Below are positions 62,980-64,000 of a stretch of DNA of 64,000 bases, one piece after another. The translations under genes were made by a program, and so were the position numbers. Every line of letters starts with the position of its first letter. Position 1 is the stretch's first letter. The notes below the pieces were generated by a model. The model searched no databases. It worked only from the letters and a program-made list of their open reading frames with translations, and was not told where the DNA came from. This stretch comes from Octopus sinensis (Eukaryota): contig NC_043003.1 in assembly GCF_006345805.1 (NCBI RefSeq), positions 101,804,001 to 101,868,000 of the forward strand, in the 5' to 3' direction.

Positions 62980-64000
62980 AGTGAGCAGGTGAGCGAGTGA
63001 GCGAGTGTGAGTGAGCAAGCAAGTATGTGTAAGAGAGCAAGTGTATGAGAACATGTGTATGAATGAGTAAGCATGCAAGTGTGGGCAAGCAAGCACATGA
63101 GTGTGGGTGAGCAAGCGCATGTGAGAGAGTGAGCAAGCAAGCATACAAGTGTGAGTGAGCAAGCGTGCAAGTGTGAGTGAGCAGGCATGCGAGTGTAAGT
63201 GGACACATGTGAGTGTGAGTGAGCATGTGTATGACAGCATAGAGGTTTTGTGAACGTGTATAGAAGCTTTGTGTGTATAGAGATTTGTAAATGCAGAGAG
63301 ACTTTGTGAGTTTATAAAAGCTTTGTGAGTGCACACAGTGAACAGATTAAAGTGAGAATGAGAAACTATGAAGCAGTGAAAGAGGAAAAAAGATCAGAGC
63401 TCATTACTGAATTAATAATGTGATGTGTGACAATGTTTCACTGTTTATGGCCAATCCTTGTGATGGCCTTGTCCTACTTTACTGACACAGTGAGACTGAT
63501 CTACAGTGTTTATTGTATGTCTGACTAGCAGGGTAATCATGGGATAAGGACGGAGGGTGTGTGTATGTGTGTGCGAGTGTGTGTAGATGATAAAGCATGG
63601 TTGGTAGGGAGGAGGGGAGAATGGGGAAAGTTGAGAGAGAGAGAGAGAGAGAGAGAAAGAAGAAAGAGGAAGGGAGAAAGCGGGAGGAAGAAAGAGGGAG
63701 AAAGAAAGCGGGGGGGGGGGCAAGAAAGAGGGAAAGAGAAAGGGAGAGAAAAAAGAGGGAGAGAGGGAGAAAGAAAGAGAGAGAGAGAGGGGGAGGGAGG
63801 GGGGGTCATCTTTGTACAAGTACAGATATACACAAAAATATACCAGAAAGAGAAAAGAAACCAGACAGTAGAGGGAAAAATAGTTTAATAGTGAACGGGA
63901 GGGGAAAGAAAAATAATAGGATGGAGAGAGTAATAGAGAGTAGTGGGGAAGGGATAAGTAATAATATGAAGGGGAGAAAATAGATAGGAGAGAGGGAAAT
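62980..64000. repeat. Low-complexity block: gtgagtgagcaagc-type repeat (62980-63240) and polypurine tract (about 63600-64000)
   Basis: Direct inspection. Confidence 0.9.

Overview
AT-rich, microsatellite- and SINE-dense eukaryotic DNA. The repeat families point to a coleoid cephalopod, most likely Octopus (inference). One host gene is firmly supported: N-acetylglucosamine-6-sulfatase (GNS) on the minus strand. Eleven GT-AG coding exons between 56836 and 21961 splice into one open frame of 1368 nt (455 aa plus stop) carrying the sulfatase CxPSR motif; exon 1 was not found and probably lies beyond 64000. Nearly everything else is transposon-derived: an intact OC1/Charlie-like hAT (34032-36888, 8-bp TSD, 610-aa ORF) in a GNS intron, a related MITE, a second divergent hAT relic, a deleted piggyBac, three mariner relics, LINE fragments of the CR1, RTE, R4/Dong, HERO and Tx1 groups, Penelope-like relics, several tRNA-derived SINE families and several foldback elements. 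Most notable: (1) five type-I hammerhead ribozyme motifs in Penelope-like terminal repeats, two with intact catalytic cores about 275 nt apart on opposite strands in a GNS intron (one in pre-mRNA sense) and one split by an RTE insertion; (2) a 23-bp minisatellite that appears to have grown out of the exon-5 splice donor and carries five extra donor hexamers; (3) a SINE/CR1 3' tail pair with a covarying stem-loop; (4) a decayed, unclassified coding-like region at about 61.1-62.5 kb. No prokaryotic systems or CRISPR arrays are present. Boundaries of degenerate repeats are approximate, and family names come from motif recognition, not database searches.
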